Positions 17,909 to 29,400 of a DNA stretch of 64,000 bases are shown piece after piece (position 1 is the first letter of the stretch; each line of letters starts with the position of its first letter). The notes below the pieces were generated by a model that saw only the letters and a list, made by a program, of their open reading frames with translations, searched no databases and was not told where the DNA came from. Made by a program: the position numbers and the translations under genes. The stretch is taken from the IMG/VR virus record IMGVR_UViG_3300045988_175656; one strand, 5' to 3'. The stretch is from a virus.

Positions 17909-20590
17909 ATGAGTAAAAATTATTTATATGACCAAGTATATGAAAGTTGCTTGAAGTACTTTGATGGTGATGAACTAGCGGCAACTACTTGGATTAAAAA
18001 ATATTGTTTAAAAAACAATGATGGAACATATAGTGAATTAAATCCTGATGATATGCATAAACGAATGGCAAAAGAATTTGCTAAAGTGGAACATATCTAT
18101 GAATATAACACAAATGATGATTTGAAGTTAAAATTATCTGAGTATGGTTATAATAGAGGGGTGTTGGATGAAGAAGGTATATATAAGTTGTTTAAAGATT
18201 TTAAATATGTCATACCTGGTGGTTCTGTTATGTCAGGTTTAGGTAATCCATTACCTGTTAGTTTGTCAAATTGTTGGGTTATTGATGGACCTAATGATTC
18301 GATTGATGATATATTTAGAGTTTGCAATGAACAGAGCCAATTAATGAAACGTAGGGGTGGAGTTGGTTTTGATATATCAAAATTAAGACCATATGGTTCT
18401 ATTGTTAATAATTCAGCAAAAACATCAACAGGTGCAGTTTCTTTCATGGATTTATTTAGCCATGTTACTAATACTATTGCACAAGCAGGTAGACGTGGGG
18501 CTTTAATGTTATCCATCTCAATAAAACATCCAGATGCTAAAGAATTTATTGAGAAAAAACAAGATTTAACGAAAGTAACAGGAGCTAATATTTCAGTTCA
18601 AATTGATGATGAATTTATGAAATTAGCAACATCAAATTACGATAATTTGTATGTACAAAGGTTTCCTATTGATGCAACTAATGAAGAGTTGTTTGGTGCA
18701 GATTATGATGATATAATTAATTCATGTGAATTGAATAAATTGTATGATGGTAGAACAAAAAATACTTATTTTAAAATTATAAATGCGAAGGAGTTATGGA
18801 ATGATGTAATTCATTGTGCGTGGAGTACTGCTGAACCAGGTATTATATTTCAAACTAATCACTATGACTATTCTCCTGATGGCGTTTACCCTTCTTTTAG
18901 AGGTTCTTGCACAAACCCATGTGGCGAAATCTTTATGCATGAAGATAGTTGTAGATTGATACATATAAATTTAACATCTTTTATTGATAATCCATTTACT
19001 GATAATGCGTCAATTAATGATGAAAGATTATATGAAATCACTTATGAAGCAATGAGACTTGGTGATGATTTGGTTGATTTAGAAGCTGATGCAATACGAA
19101 AAATTTTAGCTAAAATTGAAAATGATGGGGATGAAAATAACAGTGAATATAAATTATATCAAAGATTATTAAGTCATACATTAGAAGGTAGACGTTGTGG
19201 GCTTGGTTTTACTGGTCTTGCTGACATGATAGCTATGCTAGGTCTTAAATATGATTCAGAAGCGTCATTATCAATTATTAATCATGTTATGAGACTAATG
19301 TTTATTGCTGAAATGGATTCTCAAATAGACATGGCAATTACAAGAGGGAATTTTAGTGCTCAAAATATGGAGTTTGAACATGTTGGCAATAGATGGTATG
19401 AATTTTTGAAAAATGATTTCAATAGTATCTATCATAAGATGCTAAAATATGGTCGTAGAAATATTTCTTTTAATACAGTTGCTCCAACAGGTACAGTTTC
19501 TTTGATGGCTAAATGTTCAAGTGGTATAGAACCTATTTTTTTACCATTCTACACAAGAAGAAGAAAATGCATGAGCGATGGTGACAGAGTTGATTTTGTT
19601 GACCAAGTGGGAGAAAAATATACTGAATTTGTTGTTGTTCATCCAACATTTAGGAAATGGGCAGAAACTTATTTTAGTGAATTATCAAAAGAAACTCTTA
19701 ATGAGTGGAAATTAGAAGATTGGACAGCAGCTTATAAATTAAGCCCTTGGTATGAATCTACTGCAAATGATATAAATTGGGAAAAACGTGTTGAGTTACA
19801 AGGAATTGTACAAAAATATATTACCCATTCAATTTCTTCAACTGTTAATTTACCTAATAGTGTCACTGAAGATGAAGTTTCGAATATTTACATTAAATCT
19901 TGGAAAAATCAATTGAAAGGCATTACTTGTTATCGTGATGGGTGTCGTAGTGGTGTATTGGTTTCAACAAAGAAAGAATCTAAGCCTGAAGAAAAAAAAG
20001 ATGATAATAAAGTTTGTATAAATAATCAACCAATATCAAAAAGACCTAAAGAGATACCATGTAAAATATTTAGATTTAGTAATAAAGGTGAAAAGTGGGT
20101 TGGTGTTGTTGGTTTAGTAGATGATAGACCTTATGAAATTTTTACTGGTATTCTTGAAAAATTAAATATACCTAATTGGGTTGAAGATGGTTTTATTGTT
20201 AGAAATAAAGAAAAAATAATAGTTGATGGGGAAGAAAAACTGATGTCAAGATATGATATTTGTTATATAGATAAAGATGGATATAAAACTTGTGTTGAAG
20301 GTCTTTCAAGAACATTTAACCCTGAATATTGGAATTATGCTAAATTGATAAGTGGACTTTTAAGGCATAGAATGCCATTACCTTATTTGATTAAAATTAT
20401 ATCATCATTAAATCTTGATGCATCTAATATTAATACTTGGAAAAATGGCGTTATAAGAACATTAAGAAAATTTAATGATTCAAATATTGAAGAAGGGCAT
20501 TATGAAACTTGTCCTGAATGTGGTGGAAGATTATTAAATGAAGGGGGTTGCCTTCATTGTTTGGACTGTGGTTATTCAAAATGTGGATAA
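17909..20590 (+). CDS. nrdJ: Class II (adenosylcobalamin-dependent) ribonucleotide reductase
   Basis: Motifs present: SLSNCWV, CTNPCGEI (active-site Cys/Glu), VAPTGTVS, and a C-terminal Cys-rich tail CPECGG...CLHCLDCGYSKCG. Confidence 0.9.
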   Translation: MSKNYLYDQVYESCLKYFDGDELAATTWIKKYCLKNNDGTYSELNPDDMHKRMAKEFAKVEHIYEYNTNDDLKLKLSEYGYNRGVLDEEGIYKLFKDFKYVIPGGSVMSGLGNPLPVSLSNCWVIDGPNDSIDDIFRVCNEQSQLMKRRGGVGFDISKLRPYGSIVNNSAKTSTGAVSFMDLFSHVTNTIAQAGRRGALMLSISIKHPDAKEFIEKKQDLTKVTGANISVQIDDEFMKLATSNYDNLYVQRFPIDATNEELFGADYDDIINSCELNKLYDGRTKNTYFKIINAKELWNDVIHCAWSTAEPGIIFQTNHYDYSPDGVYPSFRGSCTNPCGEIFMHEDSCRLIHINLTSFIDNPFTDNASINDERLYEITYEAMRLGDDLVDLEADAIRKILAKIENDGDENNSEYKLYQRLLSHTLEGRRCGLGFTGLADMIAMLGLKYDSEASLSIINHVMRLMFIAEMDSQIDMAITRGNFSAQNMEFEHVGNRWYEFLKNDFNSIYHKMLKYGRRNISFNTVAPTGTVSLMAKCSSGIEPIFLPFYTRRRKCMSDGDRVDFVDQVGEKYTEFVVVHPTFRKWAETYFSELSKETLNEWKLEDWTAAYKLSPWYESTANDINWEKRVELQGIVQKYITHSISSTVNLPNSVTEDEVSNIYIKSWKNQLKGITCYRDGCRSGVLVSTKKESKPEEKKDDNKVCINNQPISKRPKEIPCKIFRFSNKGEKWVGVVGLVDDRPYEIFTGILEKLNIPNWVEDGFIVRNKEKIIVDGEEKLMSRYDICYIDKDGYKTCVEGLSRTFNPEYWNYAKLISGLLRHRMPLPYLIKIISSLNLDASNINTWKNGVIRTLRKFNDSNIEEGHYETCPECGGRLLNEGGCLHCLDCGYSKCG

Positions 20591-20595
20591 TTAAA

Positions 20596-20631
20596 ATAAG
20601 GGAGATTTAAAAAGTCTCCCTTATTTTTTTA
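20596..20631 (+). terminator. Rho-independent terminator
   Basis: ATAAGGGAGA / TCTCCCTTAT form a 10-bp stem with a 9-nt loop and a T7 run. Confidence 0.8.
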
Positions 20632-20644
20632 TTTAACTATTTAA

Positions 20645-20673
20645 ATTGTTAAGATTGTTATATATATTATTAT
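20645..20673 (+). promoter_or_regulatory. Possible degenerate late promoter (ATTGttaag-N13-TTATTaT), overlapped by a 9-bp inverted repeat
   Basis: It has the same spacing as the ATTGACTTT-N13/14-TTATTTT sites. The palindrome ATTGTTATA-N8-TATAACAAT spans 20654-20679 and ends 9 nt before the gp25-like ATG. Confidence 0.3.
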
Positions 20674-20687
20674 AACAATAGTTTACT

Positions 20688-21077
20688 ATGGCAAAAATAC
20701 AATATTATAACATTCATTACCCTTTCACGTCAAAAGGGATTGAGAAATTCTTTGTTGATTTGGATAGCGATTCGCAAAAAGCTATGCAAAGTGATATTAT
20801 GCATGTTATATTTACACCAAAAGGGCAACGTATTAGAAATCCCGAATTTGGTACTAATCTGATAAAATATTTGTTCAATCCTAATGATAATGAAACATGG
20901 ACTGATGTAAAAGCTGAAATTAAAACAGCAGTGGCACAATTTGTTCCAAATGTGACATTAACAGACTTAAATGTTTATGCTAATGGTAGTAATGGTCATG
21001 GATTGGTCGCTGAAATAAGCTATTCAGTTAATGAAGATAATTTTACTTCAGATTATACAATAATAACAAACATTTAA
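20688..21077 (+). CDS. Baseplate wedge protein, gp25/GPW family
   Basis: SDIMHVIFTPKGQRIRNPEFGTNLIKYLFNPND...IKTAVAQFVPNV matches the GPW_gp25 signature (IxxILxTxxGERxxxPxFGxxLxxLLFxP). Confidence 0.85.
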   Translation: MAKIQYYNIHYPFTSKGIEKFFVDLDSDSQKAMQSDIMHVIFTPKGQRIRNPEFGTNLIKYLFNPNDNETWTDVKAEIKTAVAQFVPNVTLTDLNVYANGSNGHGLVAEISYSVNEDNFTSDYTIITNI

Positions 21078-21085
21078 AGATACAA

Positions 21086-23101
21086 ATGGAAAAAATGATA
21101 AGTTATCTTGCAAGAAATTATGATGATTTCAAATCAGAGTTTCAAAAATATACAAGAAAATATTATCCTTCAATGATGAACGATTTTCAAGATGCATCAG
21201 TTGGAGAATGGTTCATTGACTTGATTAGTGCTCTAGGTGATGACCTTTCATATCATACAGATAGAACTTTTCAAGAAACTGATAGTAATAGTGCTCAACA
21301 AAAAGGTTCATTGTTGGATATAGCAAGAACTAATGGACTTAAAATACCAGGACGTAAATCTGCAATGGTAGAAATTGAAATCAGTTGCGAATTACCATTA
21401 AAAGGGGACCCAAAATTACAATTAGCTGATGAATCATATGCTCCAATTGTAAAACAAGGCACAGTAATTTCAACAGGTTTAATTACGTTTCAAATAATGC
21501 ATGATGTTAATTTTGCTGAACAATTTAATGAAGATGGCATATCTGATAGACAAATTATACCAAAGAGAAATGCCAATGGTTTAATTGAAAAATATACTTA
21601 TAAAAAATTAGCATTAGCACTTGCAGGGGAATCTAAAATATACCGACAAACTTTAACAAGTAATGATATTGTTCCATTCATGGAAGTATTATTACAGGAT
21701 GCTAATATTTTGAATGTGGAATCAATTATATTTAAAGATGGTACTAATTTTAAAGATGACCCACCTATTTCCGATTTTATGATTGAGAGTGAAATATATA
21801 CACCTAAAGAGAATGGAACTAAAACTTGGCGTTTTTTTGAAGTTGATTCATTAATCGAACAATATCGTTTTGGTGATGTGTTAAACTCTGATGGTGTTCC
21901 TCAAAGTGAATTTTACACAATGCCTGGTATTGATGAAAATGGTAATTATTTAGTTGACGATGGTGGAAGTAATGTTTGTGTAAGGACAGCACAAGTTTAT
22001 AAAGGGGAATGGAAATTTTTAAGACAAAAGTTTATTACAGAATACACAAATAATGGTCAGTTGAAAGTAATATTTGGTGCTGGTGGAAATATGGTACTTC
22101 CAAATCCTAACTCAAATTACATTAAATACCAAATGAGTAAAATGGCAAGTAATGATTTTCTTGGGGTATTACCCGAAGCAGGTTGGACTATGTTTATTCT
22201 ATATCGTGTTGGTGGTGGGGAACAATCAAATATTGCAGCAAATACATTAACAAATTTTGTTTATAGAAATATACAAATTGATGGTAATCCAGATGATACA
22301 GATTGTGTTGAAAAAACTAAAGCTGTTAAAGATTCTCTAAAGGTTACTAATCCAAGCCCTTCTTTTGGTGGTAAGGATGAACCAACAGAAGATGAAATAC
22401 GTTATTTGATTAAATATAATAATTCAGCACAAGACAGATGTGTTACTTTAAAGGATTATTATGTGAGACTGATGAAAATGCCAGCCAAATATGGCACACC
22501 ATTTAGATTAGGTGTCATTGAAGAAAACAATAAAGTAGTTATTTATACTCTTGGTCTTAATGAATCAGGACAATTAAGTAAGCTGTTACCTTCAGCAATG
22601 GTTGATAATATTCAATCATATTTGAGCAATTATCGTATGATTAATGATTTTGTTGAACTTCGTTCTGGTAAAATTATTAATTTATCATTTGAGGTGGATG
22701 TTTTTATAAGTAAAACATATGATAAAAGTGAGGTTGTTAGAACTGTGATTGATACTGTTTATGATTATATGGATATTAACAAACATCAAATGGGTGAAGA
22801 TATTTTTGTTGGTGATTTGGAGAAAGATATTTCTAAAATTGATGGTGTTATCAACTTAATTGATTTAAGAGTGTATAATGAGACAGGTGTGGGTTATTCT
22901 GATGATGGTACAACACAACAAATTGTGTCCCCTTATGTTTGCCCTACTGACCCTGAAGAAATGCAAGATACTGAGGTAGTGGCAGGTAGAAGCCAAATTG
23001 ATTTAAAAGCATCAGATGGATTACTATTTAGTGAATCTAATTCAATGTTTGAAATTTTAAACAAAAGTAAAGATATTAGAATAAGAGTTAAAACTCGTTA
23101 A
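21086..23101 (+). CDS. Baseplate J-like (gp6/gpJ family) protein
   Basis: It lies immediately downstream of the gp25-like gene, which is the conserved order. The N-terminal YDDFKSEF...LISALGDDLSYHTDRTFQE...GSLLDIARTNGLKIPG resembles Baseplate_J. Confidence 0.7.
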   Translation: MEKMISYLARNYDDFKSEFQKYTRKYYPSMMNDFQDASVGEWFIDLISALGDDLSYHTDRTFQETDSNSAQQKGSLLDIARTNGLKIPGRKSAMVEIEISCELPLKGDPKLQLADESYAPIVKQGTVISTGLITFQIMHDVNFAEQFNEDGISDRQIIPKRNANGLIEKYTYKKLALALAGESKIYRQTLTSNDIVPFMEVLLQDANILNVESIIFKDGTNFKDDPPISDFMIESEIYTPKENGTKTWRFFEVDSLIEQYRFGDVLNSDGVPQSEFYTMPGIDENGNYLVDDGGSNVCVRTAQVYKGEWKFLRQKFITEYTNNGQLKVIFGAGGNMVLPNPNSNYIKYQMSKMASNDFLGVLPEAGWTMFILYRVGGGEQSNIAANTLTNFVYRNIQIDGNPDDTDCVEKTKAVKDSLKVTNPSPSFGGKDEPTEDEIRYLIKYNNSAQDRCVTLKDYYVRLMKMPAKYGTPFRLGVIEENNKVVIYTLGLNESGQLSKLLPSAMVDNIQSYLSNYRMINDFVELRSGKIINLSFEVDVFISKTYDKSEVVRTVIDTVYDYMDINKHQMGEDIFVGDLEKDISKIDGVINLIDLRVYNETGVGYSDDGTTQQIVSPYVCPTDPEEMQDTEVVAGRSQIDLKASDGLLFSESNSMFEILNKSKDIRIRVKTR

Positions 23102-23121
23102 TTAATATATTTTTAACAATT

Positions 23122-23150
23122 AAAGGCAGCTATTTTTAGTTGCCTTTTTT
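23122..23150 (+). terminator. Rho-independent terminator
   Basis: AAAGGCAGCTA-tttt-TAGTTGCCTTT (one mismatch) with a T-run. Confidence 0.7.
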
Positions 23151-23182
23151 ATTGACTTTTAAATAGATAGATTTTATTTTTT
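23151..23182 (+). promoter_or_regulatory. Candidate late promoter, TTGACT-N17-TATTTT
   Basis: ATTGACTTT at 23151-23159, a 14-nt spacer, then TTATTTTTT. It lies directly after a terminator and 20 nt upstream of the 20-kb structural operon. Confidence 0.5.
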
Positions 23183-23201
23183 ATTCAAAACGAAGAATAA
23201 A

Positions 23202-23483
23202 ATGGGATGTAATTGTAAAGCTCAGAATAATTTTAATAAGATAGCTTCTAAGTATGGGGATGCTTTACCTAACAAAATTGAAGGTAGAGCAGGTTTCAGA
23301 GGAATTATTGATGCATGTATGAATGCAATTGGTCAAATTATTACTGGAATTTTATTGTGCGTGTTATTTATTGTCATAGCAGTTCCAATTGTGTTTTATA
23401 TTGGTGGATGTATGATTATTGGAAAAGAAGCGCATATAAAATTATTGAATTTTAAAAAGAAAAATAAGAATGACTCAAAATAA
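23202..23483 (+). CDS. Small membrane protein starting MGCNCK
   Basis: It has a hydrophobic stretch ITGILLCVLFIVIAVPIVFYIGGCMII and a basic C-terminus. It overlaps the next gene by 14 nt. Confidence 0.55.
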   Translation: MGCNCKAQNNFNKIASKYGDALPNKIEGRAGFRGIIDACMNAIGQIITGILLCVLFIVIAVPIVFYIGGCMIIGKEAHIKLLNFKKKNKNDSK

Positions 23484-26400
23484 AAGTTACCGAATAAGGA
23501 CTAAAGTTGGTGAAGAACCAGGTGTAATAAATGTTCATTTAGACCAATCTTATGATTTGTTTGAAATTTTATCATTAAAATTGACACAAGAAGATGCTTA
23601 TAAATTATATACATCTTCGTATGGTGTCATTGTTGGTAGAATTATTGCAAATGGTGGGTTTGGTATTCCTAATGCTAAAGTATCTGTATTTGTTGAAGTA
23701 AGTGATGAAGATTATATAAATAATGAGAAAAATTATTTATATCCATATTTTAGTACTTCATCAGTAAATAATGAAGGTATTCGTTACAATTTGTTACCAG
23801 ATGAGCCAATTAATGATTGTTATCAGAATGTAGGTACATTCCCTAACAAACGTTTAGTGCTGGATAATGATACTGTATTAGAAATTTATGATAAATATTG
23901 GAAATACACATCTGTAACAAATGAAGCAGGTGATTATATGATATTTGGTGTTCCAACAGGTCAACAACAGATTCATGTGGATATAGATTTATCAGATATT
24001 GGAGCTTTATCGCAACGTCCTCGTGATATGATTTATAAAGGATATAATATAAATCAATTTGAATCACCTAACAAATTTAAACAATCAACAAACTTAGATT
24101 CACTATCACAGATATATACACAAAATACTGGCGTAAATGTTTATCCATTTTGGGGAGATTCTGAAGAAAGTGATGGAAATATTGCAATTACTCGTGCTGA
24201 TGTTCAAATAGAGTACCTATTTGAACCTACTTGTGTGTTTATTGGGTCTATTGTTACAGATACAGGAACAAATGCAATTGGTAAAAACTGTACTCCAATG
24301 ACCAATGCAGGTAAAATGGACCAGTTATCAACAGGAGAAGGCTCAATTGAAATGATTCGTAAAACGTTAAATGGTACAGTTGAAGAATATCAAATAAAAG
24401 GTAATAGGGTTATAGATGGTGATGGTGTTTGGTGCTATCAAATTCCAATGAATTTGGATTATGTGGCAACAGATGAATATGGTAATATTGTACCAACAGA
24501 TGACCCAACAAAGGGTATTCCAACACGTACAAGAGTTAGATTCAGAGTTTCTATTGATGATTCCCCTAATGATGCTACTGCAAGAAAAAGATGTAAAATA
24601 TTAGTTCCTAATAACCCAAGAATTGATGAAAATAACCCAATATTTTCTCAAACAAAAGAGGTTGATTATGAATTTGGTACATCAACACACGAAGAGAGTT
24701 ATAGAGATTTATTCTGGAATAAAGTATATAGTGTAAAGTCGTATATACCTCGTTTACAGAATAATACCTCATACAAAAATCGTAAACATTCAGGAATTAA
24801 AATGGTAAACCATTATGGTGCTAATAATCCAATTCCATATAACAATGTAAGTATTAAATTAGGTTTCATGTTTAGAATGATTTGCGTTATTGCAAAAGTT
24901 ATTATTGATTTAATTGCATTCTTAAACAACTTGATTTCTATTTTAGGTTGGCTTCCTTGTGAATTGGCTTCATTTAAAATTTGTATTTTTAGATGGTGTA
25001 TTAGACCATTCGGATGGATGAAAAAAGCAATTCCTACATGTGTTAGATTAACATCTGATTTTTGTGATGATGATATTAATCGTAAAACTTATTATCCTGG
25101 TTGTGGTAAACCTTTTGGTTGTGTATGGGATTTAACTAAAGAAAAACATGAAGAAGAAAATAGAAAATTGATTAGTGAAGGTAAAGAGGATGAAACAACC
25201 CAACCTGATAATAGTAGGGATAGTTTGTTTACTTGTGTGGAGAATGAATTGGCACAAGATAATGAAGTGACTTCTTTTAATTTTGCAAATGATTGGGTTA
25301 ATGGTGTTCTCTATGCACCACTTTGGTTTAGAAAAATCACGCCTAAAAAAAGATTTTTGTTTGGGTTAATAAAAATTAAAGCTAAAGACCAATGGTGTAG
25401 TGCAGCTAAAAATTTTGGCTCTCAAAGAGTGTTTCAACCATGTAGTTTGTGGATGGGAAAAGATGAAAGTAGAGGTGGCTCATATAAAAATAATGAAGGT
25501 AAAAATATCACACCTTATTTTGATGTAAATAATGATAAAAATAATAATTGTAGTAAAAATGGATGCCATAAAGCAATCACTACTCTAAATGCACAGAAAG
25601 GTATTATTGTTGATAAGACAACAATGTTAAAACAGACAGTATATTATTATGCGCCTGTTTATTATGATTCAACTGAATTGAGAGATATTGAATTGTTATA
25701 TGCAACTGATATTATATTACTTGGGAGCTTGAATGATTGTGATTTAGATGGTATTCCACAGTTTTTTAAATACTTAGAATCATCAACATATAATATGCCA
25801 AGTGATATTTTGTTTACTGACACAGAAGTACAATTAACTGAGGAAGGGACAAAATTTACAACTGATACTGAAATGACAGGGGCAGATTGGGGTAACTATA
25901 ATTCAAAAGACCAATGTAATAAAACTGATGGCGGTTTGTTTTATGGTATTGGTTGTTCTTCAATTGAAGTACACACTAAATCTTGTGTTAATTTACAAAG
26001 GATTTGTGAATTAGGTGTTTCATTAGATGAAACAATATCAATTAAAAATTTAGCCAGCCAAAGTGAGGGAGATAGTGCTTATTCATTGCTTGTTGCTGAT
26101 GGGTTTGTATCTAAAGATGAATTGGCTGAATCTGATGCAAGAAGTATGTTTGCTACTTTGAATGGTAATAATTTAAGAACTAAATTAGATAATACCAATG
26201 GTTTGATTAAATATGACTTTGATTACATATATCCAAATAATTTTGATGGAAGTATGTATCAATTAATGAAAGATAGACAAAGCGGATGTGGTAGTAATAT
26301 TACATATAGATTTAATTTTAACTTAGAACAGTTTAGTCGTGATTATTATAAATTTAGAATGGGAAATAACCCATATTTTTACAAATATGAAGGCGGTAGT

Positions 26401-29400
26401 AGAGAAAATCCTAATTATGTAATATTTCCTAGATATGAAAATTCGTTCTATTTTTATTTTGGTTTAAACCTTGGAAAAACAGCAATTGATAAATTCAATA
26501 GTCAATTTTTTAGTACTTGTTCAAATACATACAATGAACCTTTTAATGTTGGCATAATTACTCTTCCAAGTCCTTGGTGTAATTCAACAAATGGTACAAT
26601 ATTATTAAATTTGACAGATATTTCAACTCCTTATGAAATCATTATTAATGGTATCAGTGATGGGACTTTTAGTAGGGTTTATAAAGATATTACTGAAACT
26701 AAAATATATCTTGGAACAAAACCATCTGATTATGCTGATTATCATAATGTAACTGATGAAGATGGAAGAAATGATGGTTTACCAAATGGCGATTATGAAG
26801 TTACAATAACTGATAGTGATGGTAGTATTGTACAGAAAGAGATTTCTTTAGTTCCTCAATATTTGATATATAGTATTGATACAATCAATTTCAAAATACC
26901 TAATAATATTTTGAAACAAACTTATGGTACATATAATAATGTTCGTGTTGCTAAGTTAGATGGATGGCAGGGAGATGGAAAAGGTTGGAGAAATGGTCAA
27001 CCAGGAGAGAATAGTGATAGTATTGGTGGACGTATAACAATAGGTGATGTATATGTTAAAGATGTGCAATTATCACCTGTTAAAAGTGATGGTACGTTAA
27101 AAGATACATCATTAACTCGTGGTTATACAATTCGTTTAACTAAATTGGTTGAAGAAACAACCACTGAATATTATACTGATGAAAATGGACAAATACAAAG
27201 CACTATAAAAGTAACAACTAAAAGTGTTCCTATTCAATTAACAGAACAAGAAATTTTATCAGGTATTTTGGAATGTGATGAAGGTGGGCAATCTTATCAA
27301 GTTGATGTTATTGAGCTATGCAAAGATGGTAACAGATATACACTTGAAAGTAAAAATATTGTTACTAATGTGATTCATGTTGATGAACCGCTTCCTGTTA
27401 AAATGTATATTAATGATGTTGATTATGAATTAATTCAAAATTTTAAAACAGGATGGGTTAAAAATGGTAATAAATGGGTTCAACAACAAAGCGATTTTTA
27501 TGGATGGGATAGAATTGGAGATATTAACAATCCAGCATATAATTGGTCTGAAGAAATATTAAAACTTCCTGATGACGAACCTAACAAGTTACAAACAGCA
27601 GCTAAAGAAGAATTGATAGCACAAGTAAAAGAAGCGTTTTGGATAACATGTGCTGAATCATCTAAGAATATGAATGTTAATGCACAAACTAATGATTATC
27701 CTGTATCTTATGGTATTCAATATCAAGCTGAAACTCCTGACCCATCAGATGACGAAGTTCATATTGTTGACGAAAATTATAGCATTACTGATGCAATATC
27801 AGTGTCAGATGTTAAAGTTCCAACATTATTGCCTTTAGATGCGGATAATTCAGGACAAATTGTGGCAAATTATGGTAAATTAAATGCGCAAAAAATACCT
27901 TATTTCTTTGTTATGAAAGATAATAATGGTACGATTATACCTGTTGGCTCAAATGTTTCATCTCCTATTGGTAATTCAGACACAAGTAAATGGTTTGGCG
28001 TTCATTTAATCAATAAAATACTTAGTGTTGATATGACAATGTGGGCTGGTGTTAAAAATCCTCAATATTTCCAAGATTTACCTTATGGTGGTGGCTCTGA
28101 ATGGGAAAAAGTAATTAAAGATGGTTATTATAACGGTTTCTTTAGAGGTATTGTTAATAATGGTATTGTAACGAATACTAAAATACAAGATGCTTCGTTT
28201 TGTCGTACTTGGTGGCAAGCATTATTCCAATCAGTGACAATTGGTTATTCAAGTCCATTAATTGAAACAACAACATTTAAAGTGGATGAAAGTGGTAATA
28301 CAGTTCCAAATGAAGATGCTCTTCCAACTAAGAGACGTTTTCTTGGTAGTAAAAATGATACAAGTGTATTTGGTTTCCCATGTGTAGTTCCAAGTGGTTA
28401 TGATTTAACAGCTATTTCAGTTGGATTGATTGATACTGAATTAAAAATGGAAGATAACTCAAATAATTGTAGTTTGACAGAAGCAATTTATGGGGCTATG
28501 GAAGTTAATTTAACTAATGGCTTTAATGATAGTAATGATGGCGCAATCAGTAGTTTATCTGTAAGTATTAGTAATGGTGACACAACCAATCCAATGAAAT
28601 ATGTAATGATTACATCATATAATCAAGTGTACCCATATCCTAATCATGAAATTATGTCAATTACAGGAAAAAGTGCGATATATGCAAGTGGTGTTACACA
28701 AAATGATATAATAGTTCAAGGTCAAACCGATGCAATTGCAACTTCTAGTGTTTCAGAAGTTAATGAAGATGGTGATACTGTTGCTATACCAACAACAGGT
28801 TATGGGGAAACAGGTATATTTGAAAACATTACAGGAACACCAACAGTTTATATTGTTGGAATGACACAGAATAATTGTCGTGTCATTTCACCTGTTTATG
28901 ATTTTAGAAAGGTAACTGCTTCAATAACTTTGGAAATGAAAGAAGAAGTAATCAATGTTGAAACATCTGGAAGTACAACTGGAGATACTTCAGGTTCCAC
29001 AACTGGCTCAACAACAGGTGGTACAGAAGGTATTGATGAAGGAGATGACCCAACTCCAACACCAGACCCAGAACCAAGTGACCCAGGAAGCGTTAAAGTG
29101 AAAAAATATAGATTTATAGTAACAATAGGAACTTGTGACCAATGGTATATTGCCAATTTTGATTCAGTAGTTTCTATCACTTGTAATGCTGTTAAAAATC
29201 AACCAATTGGTACAACTATGACATATAATGAGGGTAATATTGTTGGTAGTCAATTCATAATAGAAATTACTGAAGAAATGTTTGATGCTATTATGAAAAA
29301 AAATGAAAATCCACTAGAATTCCTTACAATACCTTTTGTACCAAAAGACCCTGATGGTTTGTTAGGAGCAACAACAGTTGATATTACAGATAAATTAGGA

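Noticed and set aside
23202-23219. The MGC... N-terminus as a eukaryote-style myristoylation/palmitoylation (SH4-like) signal.
   Set aside because: Bacterial hosts have no N-myristoyltransferase, and everything else in the window is bacteriophage-like. I kept the motif only as an unexplained shared start between two small ORFs.
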